Positions 36,329 through 45,532 of a DNA stretch of 46,797 nt are shown here, piece after piece; position 1 is the first letter of the stretch, and each line of letters starts with the position of its first letter. The position numbers and the translations under genes were made by a program. The notes beneath the pieces were generated by a model, which was not told the DNA's origin, made no database searches, and saw nothing but the letters and a program-made list of their open reading frames with translations. Source of the DNA: an uncultured archaeon (lineage in GTDB: Archaea > Hadarchaeota > Hadarchaeia > Hadarchaeales > WYZ-LMO6); the NCBI GenBank assembly GCA_938074535.1, contig CALJER010000039.1, positions 1-46,797 on the forward strand. Direction: 5' to 3'.

Positions 36329-37573
36329 ATGAAAACGGTGGAGGAGATCAACCGCAGGATAAAGGAGGGAAGGGCCGTGGTGATGACCGCCGAAGAATTC
36401 AAGGAGGCCCGTGGTAACCTCTCCCCCGAGGAGGTGGATGTGGTCACCTGCGCCACCTGCGCCCTCATGTCAGGCACCTTCGCCCTTCTCTCCATACCCG
36501 TCGCCGAGAGGGGGAAGTTTGAGAGAGCCGAGGAGCTCCGGCTCAACGGGGTTCCGGCCTTTCCAGGACCCTGCCCGAACGAGCGGCTGGGAGTGGTGGA
36601 AGCAGTGGTCTACGGAACCTCCAGGTCCGAGAGCTCACCCGGGAGCTACGGAGGGGGACACCTCTTCCGGGAGATGGTGGAGGGGAAAGGGGTGGAAGTG
36701 GAGGTCTGGGCAGGAGGGAGGAAGTTCAGGAGGGAAGTCAGGCTGGAGGAGATGGAGCTGGCCAGAATTTTCACCAGTCGCAGCACCTTCAGGAACTACA
36801 TGGCCTTCGTCCACAGGGGCAGGGGGAGGGTGGGAACCATCTTCTCCGTGCTGGGCCTCAGGGGAGGACTGGCCGAGGCCTCGGTCTGCGGGTGCGGGGA
36901 GCTCAACCCGCTGGAGAACGATCCCGGGCTCCTGACGGTGGGTGTGGGGACCAAAGTCCTCCTCAACGGGGCCGAGGGATATGTGGTGGGGAGGGGGACG
37001 CGCTTCTCCAGGGAGAAGCCCAACCTCTCTCTGGTGGCGGACATGAGGGGGATGATCCCGAAGTTCATGGGCGGTTTTGTCACCTCGACTGGACCGGAGT
37101 GCATCACCTCAGTGGCCGTGGCCATCCCCGTCCTGAACGAGAGGATCTTCAGGGATCTGGGGGTGAGGGACGAGGAGGTGGAGCTCCCCATCGCCGACGT
37201 GAGGGACAGGATACCCTTCGAGCACACCCACTACGCCAGGGTGTGGAGGGGGACCGACCTGAAGATAAGGTACCTTCCCTCCCTCTGCGCCGGGCACAAG
37301 ACCTGCATCGTGGAGAGGAGATGCCCCACCGGCGCCTTCAGGAGGGGAAAAGGAATCGATCCCGACCGGTGCTTTGACTGCGGAACCTGCATCCAGCTCT
37401 GCCCATCCTTCACGGGGGAGTTGGGCACCCTCCCCGTAGGGGGGAAGGAAGTCCCCATCACCCTCCGCCAGTCCTGCAGGAGGAAGGCGGTGGAGCTGGC
37501 GGAGCTCCTGAAGAGAAGGATCCTGGAAGGGAAGTTCCTCCTTTCCCAACCTTCCCAGCCGCTAGCGGGGTGA
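36329..37573 (+). CDS. Methanogenesis marker 16 metalloprotein (DUF39 + ferredoxin; candidate CoM synthase, ComF-like)
   Basis: EINRRI..G.AVV.TAEE, VDVVT.AT...MSGT, GPCPNE.LG, YGGGHLF, GCGELNPLEND, C-terminal CPTGA / CFDCGTC..LC. Confidence 0.85.
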   Translation: MKTVEEINRRIKEGRAVVMTAEEFKEARGNLSPEEVDVVTCATCALMSGTFALLSIPVAERGKFERAEELRLNGVPAFPGPCPNERLGVVEAVVYGTSRSESSPGSYGGGHLFREMVEGKGVEVEVWAGGRKFRREVRLEEMELARIFTSRSTFRNYMAFVHRGRGRVGTIFSVLGLRGGLAEASVCGCGELNPLENDPGLLTVGVGTKVLLNGAEGYVVGRGTRFSREKPNLSLVADMRGMIPKFMGGFVTSTGPECITSVAVAIPVLNERIFRDLGVRDEEVELPIADVRDRIPFEHTHYARVWRGTDLKIRYLPSLCAGHKTCIVERRCPTGAFRRGKGIDPDRCFDCGTCIQLCPSFTGELGTLPVGGKEVPITLRQSCRRKAVELAELLKRRILEGKFLLSQPSQPLAG

Positions 37574-37576
37574 GGC

Positions 37577-38848
37577 ATGGGGTCCCACTCCCTCCTGTGC
37601 CTGGAGTGCGACCTCAGGATGGAGGACCGCCTTCAGAACAGGTGCCCGAGGGGTCACGACGCCCTCCTCCGGAGCGAGTACCATGAGAGGAACCTGAGGG
37701 TGAGGGACCTCCCCGGCATGTGGAAGTTCATGGAGTGGTTGCCCTGCAGCTCCCCCCTGCCCACGGAGGGGGAGGCCCTCACCTACAGGAGCGAGGGGCT
37801 GGCCAGGGAGGTGGGGCTCCGGAACCTCTACATAAGCTTCAGCGGCTACTGGCCCGAGCGAGGGGGGAAACTCCTGAGCTGCTCCTTCAAGGAGCTGGAG
37901 GCCTCCTCCGTGCTGGGGAGAACGAGGGAGAGAACAGATAAGGTCCTGGTCCTCGCGTCCGCGGGCAACACGGCGAGGGCCTTTGCCCTCCTCTCGGATA
38001 AAGCCTCCGCCCGGGTGGTGGCAGTGGTTCCGCGTCCGTACCTCTCGAGGATATGGGTACCGGAGGAAAAGCCCTCGAACTTCCTCCTGCTGGGTGTCGA
38101 GGGTGGGTACCAGGAGGCCATCCAGTGGGCCGAGAGGATTTCCGGGCTGGAAGGCACCGTGGCGGAGGGAGGGGCGAGGAACGTGGGGAGGAGGGACGGA
38201 ATAGGGACCCTCCTGCTGGGCGCCGCCCTGCAGATGGGAAGGCTGCCCCACCACTACTTCCAGGCCGTAGGGAGCGGGGTGGGGGCCCTGGCCGTGCTGG
38301 AGGCTTCCCTGAGGCTCCTGGCCGGCGGCCTGGGGGGGAGGCTTCCGAGGCTCCACCTCTCCCAGAACCTCCCCTTCGCACCCATGTTCCACGCCTGGAG
38401 GGAGGGAAGGAAGAGGATCGTGCCGGAGCTGGACCTCCCCTCCCCCGAAAGGGCGGAGAGGGAAATGTATGCGAACATCCTCTCCAACCGTTCCCCGCCC
38501 TACTCCCCCAGGGGCGGGGTGTATGAGGCGCTTCAGGAAAGCGGGGGGAGGATGTACGGGGTTTCCAACAGGGAGGCCCTCGAAGCCGAGAAGCTCGTGC
38601 GCGAGGCCGAGGGAATAGATGTGGACCCAGCCGCCTCCGTGGCCGTGGCCTCCCTCCTTCAGGCCATCGAAGGGGGAGAGGTGAGAGAGGAGGAGGTGGT
38701 GCTCCTCAACCTGAGCGGTGGAGGGTACGAGCGGGTCAGGGAAGATTTTTCTCCCCTCACCTTAGAACCCAGCATGGTGCTCGGCAGGGACACCAGCCTG
38801 GAGGAGGTGGAGGAGATCCTGAAGGGGTGGGGTGTGCCTGCTCGCTGA
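37577..38848 (+). CDS. Cysteate synthase (threonine-synthase fold, MA3297 type)
   Basis: SFSGYWPERG, CSFKELEA, ASAGNTARAF, EGGARNV.RRDG.GT, YFQAVGSG.G, SQNLPF.PM, LSNR.PPYS. Confidence 0.9.
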   Translation: MGSHSLLCLECDLRMEDRLQNRCPRGHDALLRSEYHERNLRVRDLPGMWKFMEWLPCSSPLPTEGEALTYRSEGLAREVGLRNLYISFSGYWPERGGKLLSCSFKELEASSVLGRTRERTDKVLVLASAGNTARAFALLSDKASARVVAVVPRPYLSRIWVPEEKPSNFLLLGVEGGYQEAIQWAERISGLEGTVAEGGARNVGRRDGIGTLLLGAALQMGRLPHHYFQAVGSGVGALAVLEASLRLLAGGLGGRLPRLHLSQNLPFAPMFHAWREGRKRIVPELDLPSPERAEREMYANILSNRSPPYSPRGGVYEALQESGGRMYGVSNREALEAEKLVREAEGIDVDPAASVAVASLLQAIEGGEVREEEVVLLNLSGGGYERVREDFSPLTLEPSMVLGRDTSLEEVEEILKGWGVPAR

Positions 38849-39953
38849 GGAGATCCTTAGGGTGCTGGAGGAGGAGGGGATCAACCTCGTTCCCTACCTC
38901 CCCTGCGAGAAGATCAGATACCTCCTCCACCTCCTGTGCTCCAGACCCTCCCTCCATCCCCTCCTCCTGAACAGGGAGGAGGACGGGGTGGGGATAAGCG
39001 GGGGGGCCTACCTCGCGGGGGGAAAACCCGCCCTCCTCATCCAGAGCTCCGGCCTGGGCAACTCCCTGAACGCCCTTCTCTCCCTCTCCTTCACGTACGG
39101 ACTTCCCCTCCCCATCCTGGCCAGCTGGAGGGGGGTTCACGGGGAGAAAATTCCTGCCCAGATACCCTTCAGCCGCCCCCTCCCGGAAGCCCTGAGGGTC
39201 TGGGGGATCGAGACCCACAGGATAGAGAGGGCCTCGGAAGTGGAGGGAATAAGAAGAGCCGTGAGGAGCGCCTACTCGAGGGGTAGGCCCGAGGTGGTCC
39301 TCCTCTCTCCGGCGCTGTGGGAGGAGGAACCTGAAGTCCTGCCTTCTTTCCCCGAGCGGAGGAGAAGGGTGAAGGTCGAGTACGAGAAGACCTTCTCCCC
39401 ACCCGAGCTGACCCGGTACGAGGCGATAAAGGTGGTGGCGGAAGAGGTGGGGGAAGAGGAGGTGCTGGTCTCCAACCTCGGCTTCCCGAGCAGGGAGCTC
39501 TACCAAGTGAAGGACAGGCCCCTCAACTTCTACATGCTGGGGAGCTACACCCAGGCCTCCGCGGTGGGCCTGGGGATCTCCCTCTTCACGAGGAGGAGGG
39601 TGGTGGTGCTGGAGGGCGACGGGAGCGTGCTTGGCTCTAGCCTCCTGCCCGTGCTGGCGGCGGAGGGAGGAGAGAACCTGACCGTCGTGTGTCTGGACAA
39701 CGGCACCCTGGGCAGCACCGGGGACCAGCTCACCTACTCCTATCTCCGGGTGGACCTGGAGCTTCTGGCCCTGGCGGCGGGCGTCGGGACCGAAAGGGCC
39801 TCCTCCCCCGAGGAGCTCCGGAGGGCCCTGCGGAAGAAGGGCCCTTGCTTTATACACGTGACTGTAAAACCCGGAAATGAGGAGGTGGGTCTCATCCCCC
39901 TCACTCCGGAGGAGATCAGGAGGAGGTTCAGGAGGGCGATGGGTGTCGAGTGA
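38832..39953 (+). CDS. comDE: Sulfopyruvate decarboxylase, fused alpha/beta subunits
   Basis: LPCEKI, REEDGVGI..G, IQSSGLGN, SWRG...EKIPAQ, SNLGFPSRELY, NFYMLGS, EGDGS, DN...GSTGDQ. Confidence 0.9.
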   Translation: MCLLAEEILRVLEEEGINLVPYLPCEKIRYLLHLLCSRPSLHPLLLNREEDGVGISGGAYLAGGKPALLIQSSGLGNSLNALLSLSFTYGLPLPILASWRGVHGEKIPAQIPFSRPLPEALRVWGIETHRIERASEVEGIRRAVRSAYSRGRPEVVLLSPALWEEEPEVLPSFPERRRRVKVEYEKTFSPPELTRYEAIKVVAEEVGEEEVLVSNLGFPSRELYQVKDRPLNFYMLGSYTQASAVGLGISLFTRRRVVVLEGDGSVLGSSLLPVLAAEGGENLTVVCLDNGTLGSTGDQLTYSYLRVDLELLALAAGVGTERASSPEELRRALRKKGPCFIHVTVKPGNEEVGLIPLTPEEIRRRFRRAMGVE

Positions 39954-40371
39954 GTACCTGCTGAGGGAGGCAGGGGAGGAGGATGCGGGAGAGGTGGAGG
40001 TCCTGGCCAGGCTCTGCCAGCCCCTCAGGGCCTCCGTGAAGGGCACCTACGAGTACCTGGCCATATGCTTCCCCAGGTACTTCCTGGTCGCCCTCGGGCC
40101 CGCCGGGATGGCGGGCTTCGTGGTGGGCCTTCCCAGCCTGAGCGGCGAGGCCTGGATCTACCAGATCTGCGTGCACCCCGACCACAGGAGGAGGAGGGTG
40201 GGCGAGCTCCTGATGGAGGAGGAGCTGAGGAGGTTCCGCTCCGACCGCTTCCCCAGGGTGAGGGCCAGGGTGCTGGAGACCAACCAGCCCTCCCTCTCCC
40301 TCATGCGCAAGATGGGCCTCAGGGAGACGGGAAGGAAGGGGGAGTGGGTGGAGCTCCAGAGGGAGCTTTAG
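39943..40371 (+). CDS. GNAT N-acetyltransferase, EctA-like
   Basis: GFVVG, QICVHPDHRRRRVG acetyl-CoA motif, N..SL..MRKMG; GTG start overlaps comDE end. Confidence 0.78.
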   Translation: MSSEYLLREAGEEDAGEVEVLARLCQPLRASVKGTYEYLAICFPRYFLVALGPAGMAGFVVGLPSLSGEAWIYQICVHPDHRRRRVGELLMEEELRRFRSDRFPRVRARVLETNQPSLSLMRKMGLRETGRKGEWVELQREL

Positions 40372-41327
40372 GAGCCCACCAGGGCGAACTGGGCCAGCAT
40401 GGCCTCCAGCTGGATCCTCTCGTTCGCACCCTCCGTGATCCTGAAGGAGAACTCCCCCACCCTCTCCACGAGCTCGAGCTTCTTCCTCTCCGGGATCTTC
40501 AGGTTCAGGATCTCCCTGTGCACCTGGCCGAGCACGTCCTCGCCCGAGAGGCCGCGGTCGATGAGCAGCTCGTAGAGCTTCTTCCTGGCCCCCTCGAAGT
40601 CCCCCCTCAGGGCCAGCTCCACCATCTCCCTCACCTCCTCCGGGTGGGCCGCCGCCGCCACCTCGTAGACCGCCTTCTCCGTCACGTGCTTCCTCACCGC
40701 GGCGGCGGCCTGCAGGAGGTTGATGGCCCGCCTGAGGTCGCCCTCGCTCACGCGGATGACGGCCTCCACCGCCTTGGGGTCCAGCGTGAGCCCCTCTCCC
40801 TTCGCTATTCTCTTCAGCATCTCCCCCACCTCCTCGTCCGTCAGCCTGCGGAAGCGGAAGAGGGCGCATCTGGACTGGATGGGCTCGATGATCCTGCTGG
40901 AGTAGTTGCAGTCCAGGATGAACCTGCAGCTCCTGGAGTACATCTCCATCGTCCTCCTGAGGGCGTGCTGGGCCTCCGGGGTGAGGGCATCGGCCTCGTC
41001 CAGCAGCACGATCTTGTACGGAACCTCCCCAATGGGCATGGTGCGGGCGTAGTCCTTCACCCTCTCCCTTATGGTGTCTATCCCCCTCTCGTCGCTGGCG
41101 TTGAGCTCCAGCAGGTTCTGCCTCCAGTACTCCTCCCCGAAGAGCTCCCTGGCCAGGCAGAGCGCGGCGGTCGTCTTGCCGGTGCCGGGAGGCCCGGCGA
41201 AGAGGGTGTGCGGCAGGGCCTTCGTCTTCACGAAGGTTTTGAGCCTGGCCACGATCTCCGCCTGCCCCACCAGCTCGTCGAGCTTCCTGGGGCGGTACTT
41301 CTCCGTCCAGATCTCCGTTTCCTCCAC
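40368..41327 (-). CDS. rfcS: Replication factor C small subunit
   Basis: WTEKYRP, GPPGTGKTT, ELNASDERG, LDEAD, SRC; no intein. Confidence 0.95.
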   Translation of the reverse strand: MEETEIWTEKYRPRKLDELVGQAEIVARLKTFVKTKALPHTLFAGPPGTGKTTAALCLARELFGEEYWRQNLLELNASDERGIDTIRERVKDYARTMPIGEVPYKIVLLDEADALTPEAQHALRRTMEMYSRSCRFILDCNYSSRIIEPIQSRCALFRFRRLTDEEVGEMLKRIAKGEGLTLDPKAVEAVIRVSEGDLRRAINLLQAAAAVRKHVTEKAVYEVAAAAHPEEVREMVELALRGDFEGARKKLYELLIDRGLSGEDVLGQVHREILNLKIPERKKLELVERVGEFSFRITEGANERIQLEAMLAQFALVGS

Positions 41328-41387
41328 GCTCTCTTTCTCCTGTGGAGGGCCGATAAATAGGTTAAACGCCAAAGGAGGCTGAAGAGC

Positions 41388-41837
41388 TTGTCGCAGGGTC
41401 TGGGCTACGCTCCTCCGGAGGTGGGCAGGGAGGGATACAGGAACCTGGCCATGCTCCTGCTGGGGGGGGTGCTCTGCCTCACGGGAGTGCTGCTGATCAA
41501 CCAGGGGGTGGACCTGGCGAAGGAGCTGGGTCCCAGGCTGGTGGTGAGCGTGGGGCTCCTGGCCACCGGGTGCCTGCTGGTGCTGGTGGCCCTGAGCCAC
41601 CTCTGGCCTGGGACCGTGACCACGACCGCCCTCTTCGTCTCGGGCCTCCTCTGTCTGGTGGGGAGCGGGCTGGCGGCCGCCGAGGACCCCAGGGGGATAG
41701 CCTGCGCGGTGACGCTCACCCTGATCGGCATCCTCCTCATCGCGGTGGGGGTGAGGGCGGTGGCCAGGTCCTGGAGGCTGGTGGTGGGGAGGGAGGAGGG
41801 GGTGCGGGGCAGGAGGGGCAGGGCGCACCCGTTTTAA
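41388..41837 (+). CDS. Hypothetical membrane protein (about 4 TM)
   Basis: Four hydrophobic segments; fills the gap between rfcS and ileS; TATA-like ATAAATAGGTTAAA upstream. Confidence 0.65.
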   Translation: MSQGLGYAPPEVGREGYRNLAMLLLGGVLCLTGVLLINQGVDLAKELGPRLVVSVGLLATGCLLVLVALSHLWPGTVTTTALFVSGLLCLVGSGLAAAEDPRGIACAVTLTLIGILLIAVGVRAVARSWRLVVGREEGVRGRRGRAHPF

Positions 41838-41861
41838 CCCCACGGCGAAGTATCTAAGACT

Positions 41862-44822
41862 ATGAAGCCTGCCTCCAAATTCTACCGTCCGCCCGAGGCC
41901 GAGAAAAGGGTGCAGAGGTGGTGGGAGGAGAAAGGGATCTACAGGAAGGTCAGGGAGAAGGGGAGGGGGGGGAAGCCCTGGTACTTCCTGGACGGTCCCC
42001 CCTACGCCAGCGGCTCCATCCACCTCGGAACGGCGTGGAACAAGATCCTGAAGGACGTCCTCCTCAGGTACTGGACCATGCGGGGTCTCGACGTGAGGAG
42101 GCAGCCCGGCTGGGACTGCCACGGCCTTCCCATCGAGGTGATGGTGGAGGAGAGGCTGGGTCTCCGCTCCAAGAAGGACATAGAGAGGGAGGTCGGGGTG
42201 GAGAGGTTCATCGAGGAGTGCAGGCGCTGGGCCCTGGAGCATGTGAGGCTGATGACCGACCAGTTCAAGAGCCTGGGGGTGTGGATGGACTGGGAGGAGC
42301 CCTACCTCACCCTGACGAACGAGTACATAGAGGCGGCCTGGTGGACCCTCAAGAGGGCCCACGAGAAGGGCCTGCTCAGGAAGGACCTGAGGGTGATCCA
42401 CTGGTGCCCCAGGTGCGAGACCGCCCTGGCCGAGCACGAGGTGAGGGGAGAGTACTACGAGGTGAGGGACCCCTCCCTCTACGCCCGGTTCAGGCTGAAG
42501 GGGGAGGAGGGCTACCTGCTGATCTGGACCACCACCCCCTGGACCCTTCCCGCCAACCTGGCCGTCTGCGTTCACCCCGACCTCACCTACGCCAGGGTGG
42601 AGGTGGGTGGAGAGGTCTACCTGCTGGCCGAGGGGGCGCTGCCGCGGGTGGCGAAGGAGCTGGGCTGGAGGGAGTACAGGGTGGTGGGGAGGGTGGAGGG
42701 GAGGAGGCTGGAGGGACTGCGCTACGAGCATCCCCTGCTGGAGGAGGTGCCCAGGCAGAGGGAGTTCGCGGAGCACCACAGGGTGATCTGCGGGGAGCAC
42801 GTGGTGCTGGAGGAGGGGACGGGCTGCGTGCACACCGCGCCTGGCTTCGGGGAGGAGGACTTCCTGGTGGGGGAGAGGTACGGGCTCCCCGCGTTCAGCC
42901 CCGTGGGGCCAGACGGAAGGTTCACGGAGGAGGGGGGGAAGTACGCCGGGCTCTTCGTGAAGGAGGCCGACCCCGCGGTGCTGGAGGACCTGAGGGGGAA
43001 GGGGCTGCTGGTGAAGGGCGGGACGGTGGTGCACTCCTACCCCCACTGCTGGAGGTGCAAGACCCCCCTGATCTTCAGGGCCACCGAGCAGTGGTTCCTC
43101 AGGGTCTCGGAGCTCAAGCCCCTCCTCCTGGAGAAGAACCGGGAGGTGGAGTGGATCCCCTCCTGGGTGAGGGAGAGGTACGTGAACGGGGTGCTCTCGG
43201 TGGGGGACTGGTGCCTCTCCAGGCAGAGGTACTGGGGGATTCCCCTGCCCCTCTGGGTCTGCGGCTCCTGCGGGCGCTCCGAGCTGGTGGGGAGCCTGGA
43301 GGAGCTGAGGGCCCTCACGGGGGAGAAGGGGGAGCTGGACCTGCACCGCTCCGACCTGGACAGGCTGCGCGGGAGGTGCCCGGGGTGCGGGGGGGAGATG
43401 AGGAGGGTGCCGGACGTGCTCGACGTCTGGTTCGACTCCAGCATCGCCTCCTGGGCCAGCCTGGGCTTCCCCCAGCGGAGGGAGCTCTTCGAGCGCCTGT
43501 GGCCCAGCGCCTTCATCACGGAGGGTGAGGACCAGGTGACGAAGTGGTTCTACGCCCAGCAGGTCTCCTCCGTCCTGGCCTTCGGGAAGGTCCCGTACAG
43601 GAGGGTGCTCACCCACGGCTTCGCCCTGGACGCCCAGGGGAGGAAGATGTCGAAGTCGCTGGGCAACGTGATCGACCCGGTGGAGGTGGCAAGGGAGCAC
43701 GGGGCGGACGTCCTCAGGCTCTACATCCTCTCGGCCAACCCACCCTGGGAGGACCTGAAGTTCAACCCCACGGAGCTCAGACGGGTGGGGAGGGCGGTGA
43801 ACGTCCTCTGGAACGTGCACGTCTTCGCCACCACCTACATGTCCCTCGACTCCTTCGATCCCCGCCGCCATCCCCTGGAGGGGCTCCTCCCCCACCTCCT
43901 CCCCGAGGACCGCTGGATGCTCTCGAGGGTCCAGGGGCTGGTGGAGGAGGCGACGGCGGGGCTGGAGGGGGGCGAGGTCCACAGGGCGGCCAGGGCCCTC
44001 CTCTCCTTCGTCCTGGAGGACCTGAGCCGGTGGTACGTGAGGGCCATCCGTCCCCGCACCTGGGTGGAGAAGGAGCATCCCTCCAAGCTCGCCGCCTACG
44101 CGGTCCTGTACTACGCCCTGGAGCGCCTCCTCAGGCTCCTGGCCCCCTTTGCCCCCCACCTCGCCGAAACCATGTACGCCGACCTGAGGGTGGATCCCTC
44201 CCTCCCGGAGAGCGTGCACCTGCTCGACTGGCCCCTGCCGGAGGACCGGCTGAGGGACATGAGGCTGGAGAGGGCCATGGAGCTGGCGAGGGCCCTCACG
44301 GAAAGGGTGGCGGAGGCCAGGCAGGGGGCGGGGCTGAAGCTCAGGTGGCCGGTGGAGGAGGTGGTGGTGAGGCTGCAGGAGGGGGAGGCGGAGCTCCTCA
44401 GGGGAATGGAGGACTTCCTGAAGGGGAGGTTCAACTGCAAGAGGCTCCTCCTGCTGGGACCGGGGGAGGAGGTGCCGCCGGGGGAGTACTCGACGGTGGA
44501 GGCGGAGGGGAGGAAGGTGGCGGTGAGCAGGGCCCTCTCACCGGAGCTCAGGGGGGAGGCCCTGGCCAGGGAGCTGGTCAGGCGCCTGCAGGTGATGAGG
44601 AAGGAAATGGGGCTGGGGATGGAGGAGAGGGTGGAGGCGGAGCTGGGGATGGGGGAGGAGGACGCCAGGACGCTGGAGCCCCACCTGGAGTACCTGAGGA
44701 GGGAGGTCAGGATCGAGGGGCTGAGGCTCTGCAGGAGGGAGGAGGTGGGGAAGGAGGGCCACGTGAGGGACTGGGAGGTGGAGGGGGAGACCTTCAGGCT
44801 CCTGCTCAGGAGGAGGGGCTAG
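41862..44822 (+). CDS. ileS: Isoleucine--tRNA ligase (archaeal type)
   Basis: DGPPYA.G..HLG, GWDCHGLP, WTTTPWTLP.N, GTG.VH.AP, DWCLSRQRYWG, KMSKS. Confidence 0.96.
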   Translation: MKPASKFYRPPEAEKRVQRWWEEKGIYRKVREKGRGGKPWYFLDGPPYASGSIHLGTAWNKILKDVLLRYWTMRGLDVRRQPGWDCHGLPIEVMVEERLGLRSKKDIEREVGVERFIEECRRWALEHVRLMTDQFKSLGVWMDWEEPYLTLTNEYIEAAWWTLKRAHEKGLLRKDLRVIHWCPRCETALAEHEVRGEYYEVRDPSLYARFRLKGEEGYLLIWTTTPWTLPANLAVCVHPDLTYARVEVGGEVYLLAEGALPRVAKELGWREYRVVGRVEGRRLEGLRYEHPLLEEVPRQREFAEHHRVICGEHVVLEEGTGCVHTAPGFGEEDFLVGERYGLPAFSPVGPDGRFTEEGGKYAGLFVKEADPAVLEDLRGKGLLVKGGTVVHSYPHCWRCKTPLIFRATEQWFLRVSELKPLLLEKNREVEWIPSWVRERYVNGVLSVGDWCLSRQRYWGIPLPLWVCGSCGRSELVGSLEELRALTGEKGELDLHRSDLDRLRGRCPGCGGEMRRVPDVLDVWFDSSIASWASLGFPQRRELFERLWPSAFITEGEDQVTKWFYAQQVSSVLAFGKVPYRRVLTHGFALDAQGRKMSKSLGNVIDPVEVAREHGADVLRLYILSANPPWEDLKFNPTELRRVGRAVNVLWNVHVFATTYMSLDSFDPRRHPLEGLLPHLLPEDRWMLSRVQGLVEEATAGLEGGEVHRAARALLSFVLEDLSRWYVRAIRPRTWVEKEHPSKLAAYAVLYYALERLLRLLAPFAPHLAETMYADLRVDPSLPESVHLLDWPLPEDRLRDMRLERAMELARALTERVAEARQGAGLKLRWPVEEVVVRLQEGEAELLRGMEDFLKGRFNCKRLLLLGPGEEVPPGEYSTVEAEGRKVAVSRALSPELRGEALARELVRRLQVMRKEMGLGMEERVEAELGMGEEDARTLEPHLEYLRREVRIEGLRLCRREEVGKEGHVRDWEVEGETFRLLLRRRG

Positions 44823-45496
44823 CTCCCCATCCTGCGCTGCCTTCTCTCGAACTCCTCCAGGCACCTCTTCAGGTCCTCCCTGGTGAAGTCGGGCCAGTAC
44901 TTGTCCACGAAGAAGAGCTCGGCGTAGGCCGCCTGGTAGAGGAGGAAGTTGGAGAGCCTGTGCTCCCTCCCCGTCCTGATCACCAGGTCCACGGGCCTCT
45001 TCACCCAGAGGTACCTCTCCAGCATCCCCCTGGTGAGCCTGGCCGGCCTGCTGGAGAGGAGACGCCTGAGGGCGGAGAAGAGCTCGTCCTGGGCGCTGTA
45101 GGCTATCAGGAAGTTCACGTACCTGCGGCTGTACGGTCTGGTGGTCTCCATGATCTTCCTCACCCCGGAGAGGAGGAAGCCGGGAAGCCTGTTCAGCCTC
45201 CCCACCACCCTCACCCTCACCTCCTCCTCGTGGAGGGTGCGGTCCCCCTCCAGCCTGCGCAGGCAGGAGTTCATCAGCCCGTAGAGGCGGCGCAGCTCCT
45301 CGGCCGGCCTTTTCTCCAGGTTCTCCAGCGAGAGGGTGTAGACGGTGACCTCAGGGATGTCCTCCTCCAGGCACCAGTGCAGGAAGTCCTCCAGCACCTT
45401 CACCCCCCTCTCGTGCCCCTTCCAGACCTCCAGCCCCTGCTCCCTGGCCCACCTCCTGTTCCCGTCGGGTATCAGACCCAGGTGCTGCGGCCCCAT
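44819..45496 (-). CDS. uppS: cis-prenyltransferase (polyprenyl diphosphate synthase)
   Basis: IPDGNRRW, S.EN..R, DLVIRTG.E.RLSNFL, WPDF, RRMG. Confidence 0.9.
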   Translation of the reverse strand: MGPQHLGLIPDGNRRWAREQGLEVWKGHERGVKVLEDFLHWCLEEDIPEVTVYTLSLENLEKRPAEELRRLYGLMNSCLRRLEGDRTLHEEEVRVRVVGRLNRLPGFLLSGVRKIMETTRPYSRRYVNFLIAYSAQDELFSALRRLLSSRPARLTRGMLERYLWVKRPVDLVIRTGREHRLSNFLLYQAAYAELFFVDKYWPDFTREDLKRCLEEFERRQRRMGS

Positions 45497-45532
45497 TCCT
45501 TTCCCCTTACCCCTCCCGCCTTTTAGCCTAAG

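Noticed and set aside
23212-41327. Inteins in nrdJ, topA or rfcS
   Set aside because: Lengths are normal, with no insertions or intein terminal motifs at the usual sites.
41328-44219. Apparent 1283-aa RFC fusion
   Set aside because: Antisense shadow of ileS in GC-rich DNA; RFC begins at 41327 (MEETEIWTEKYRP).
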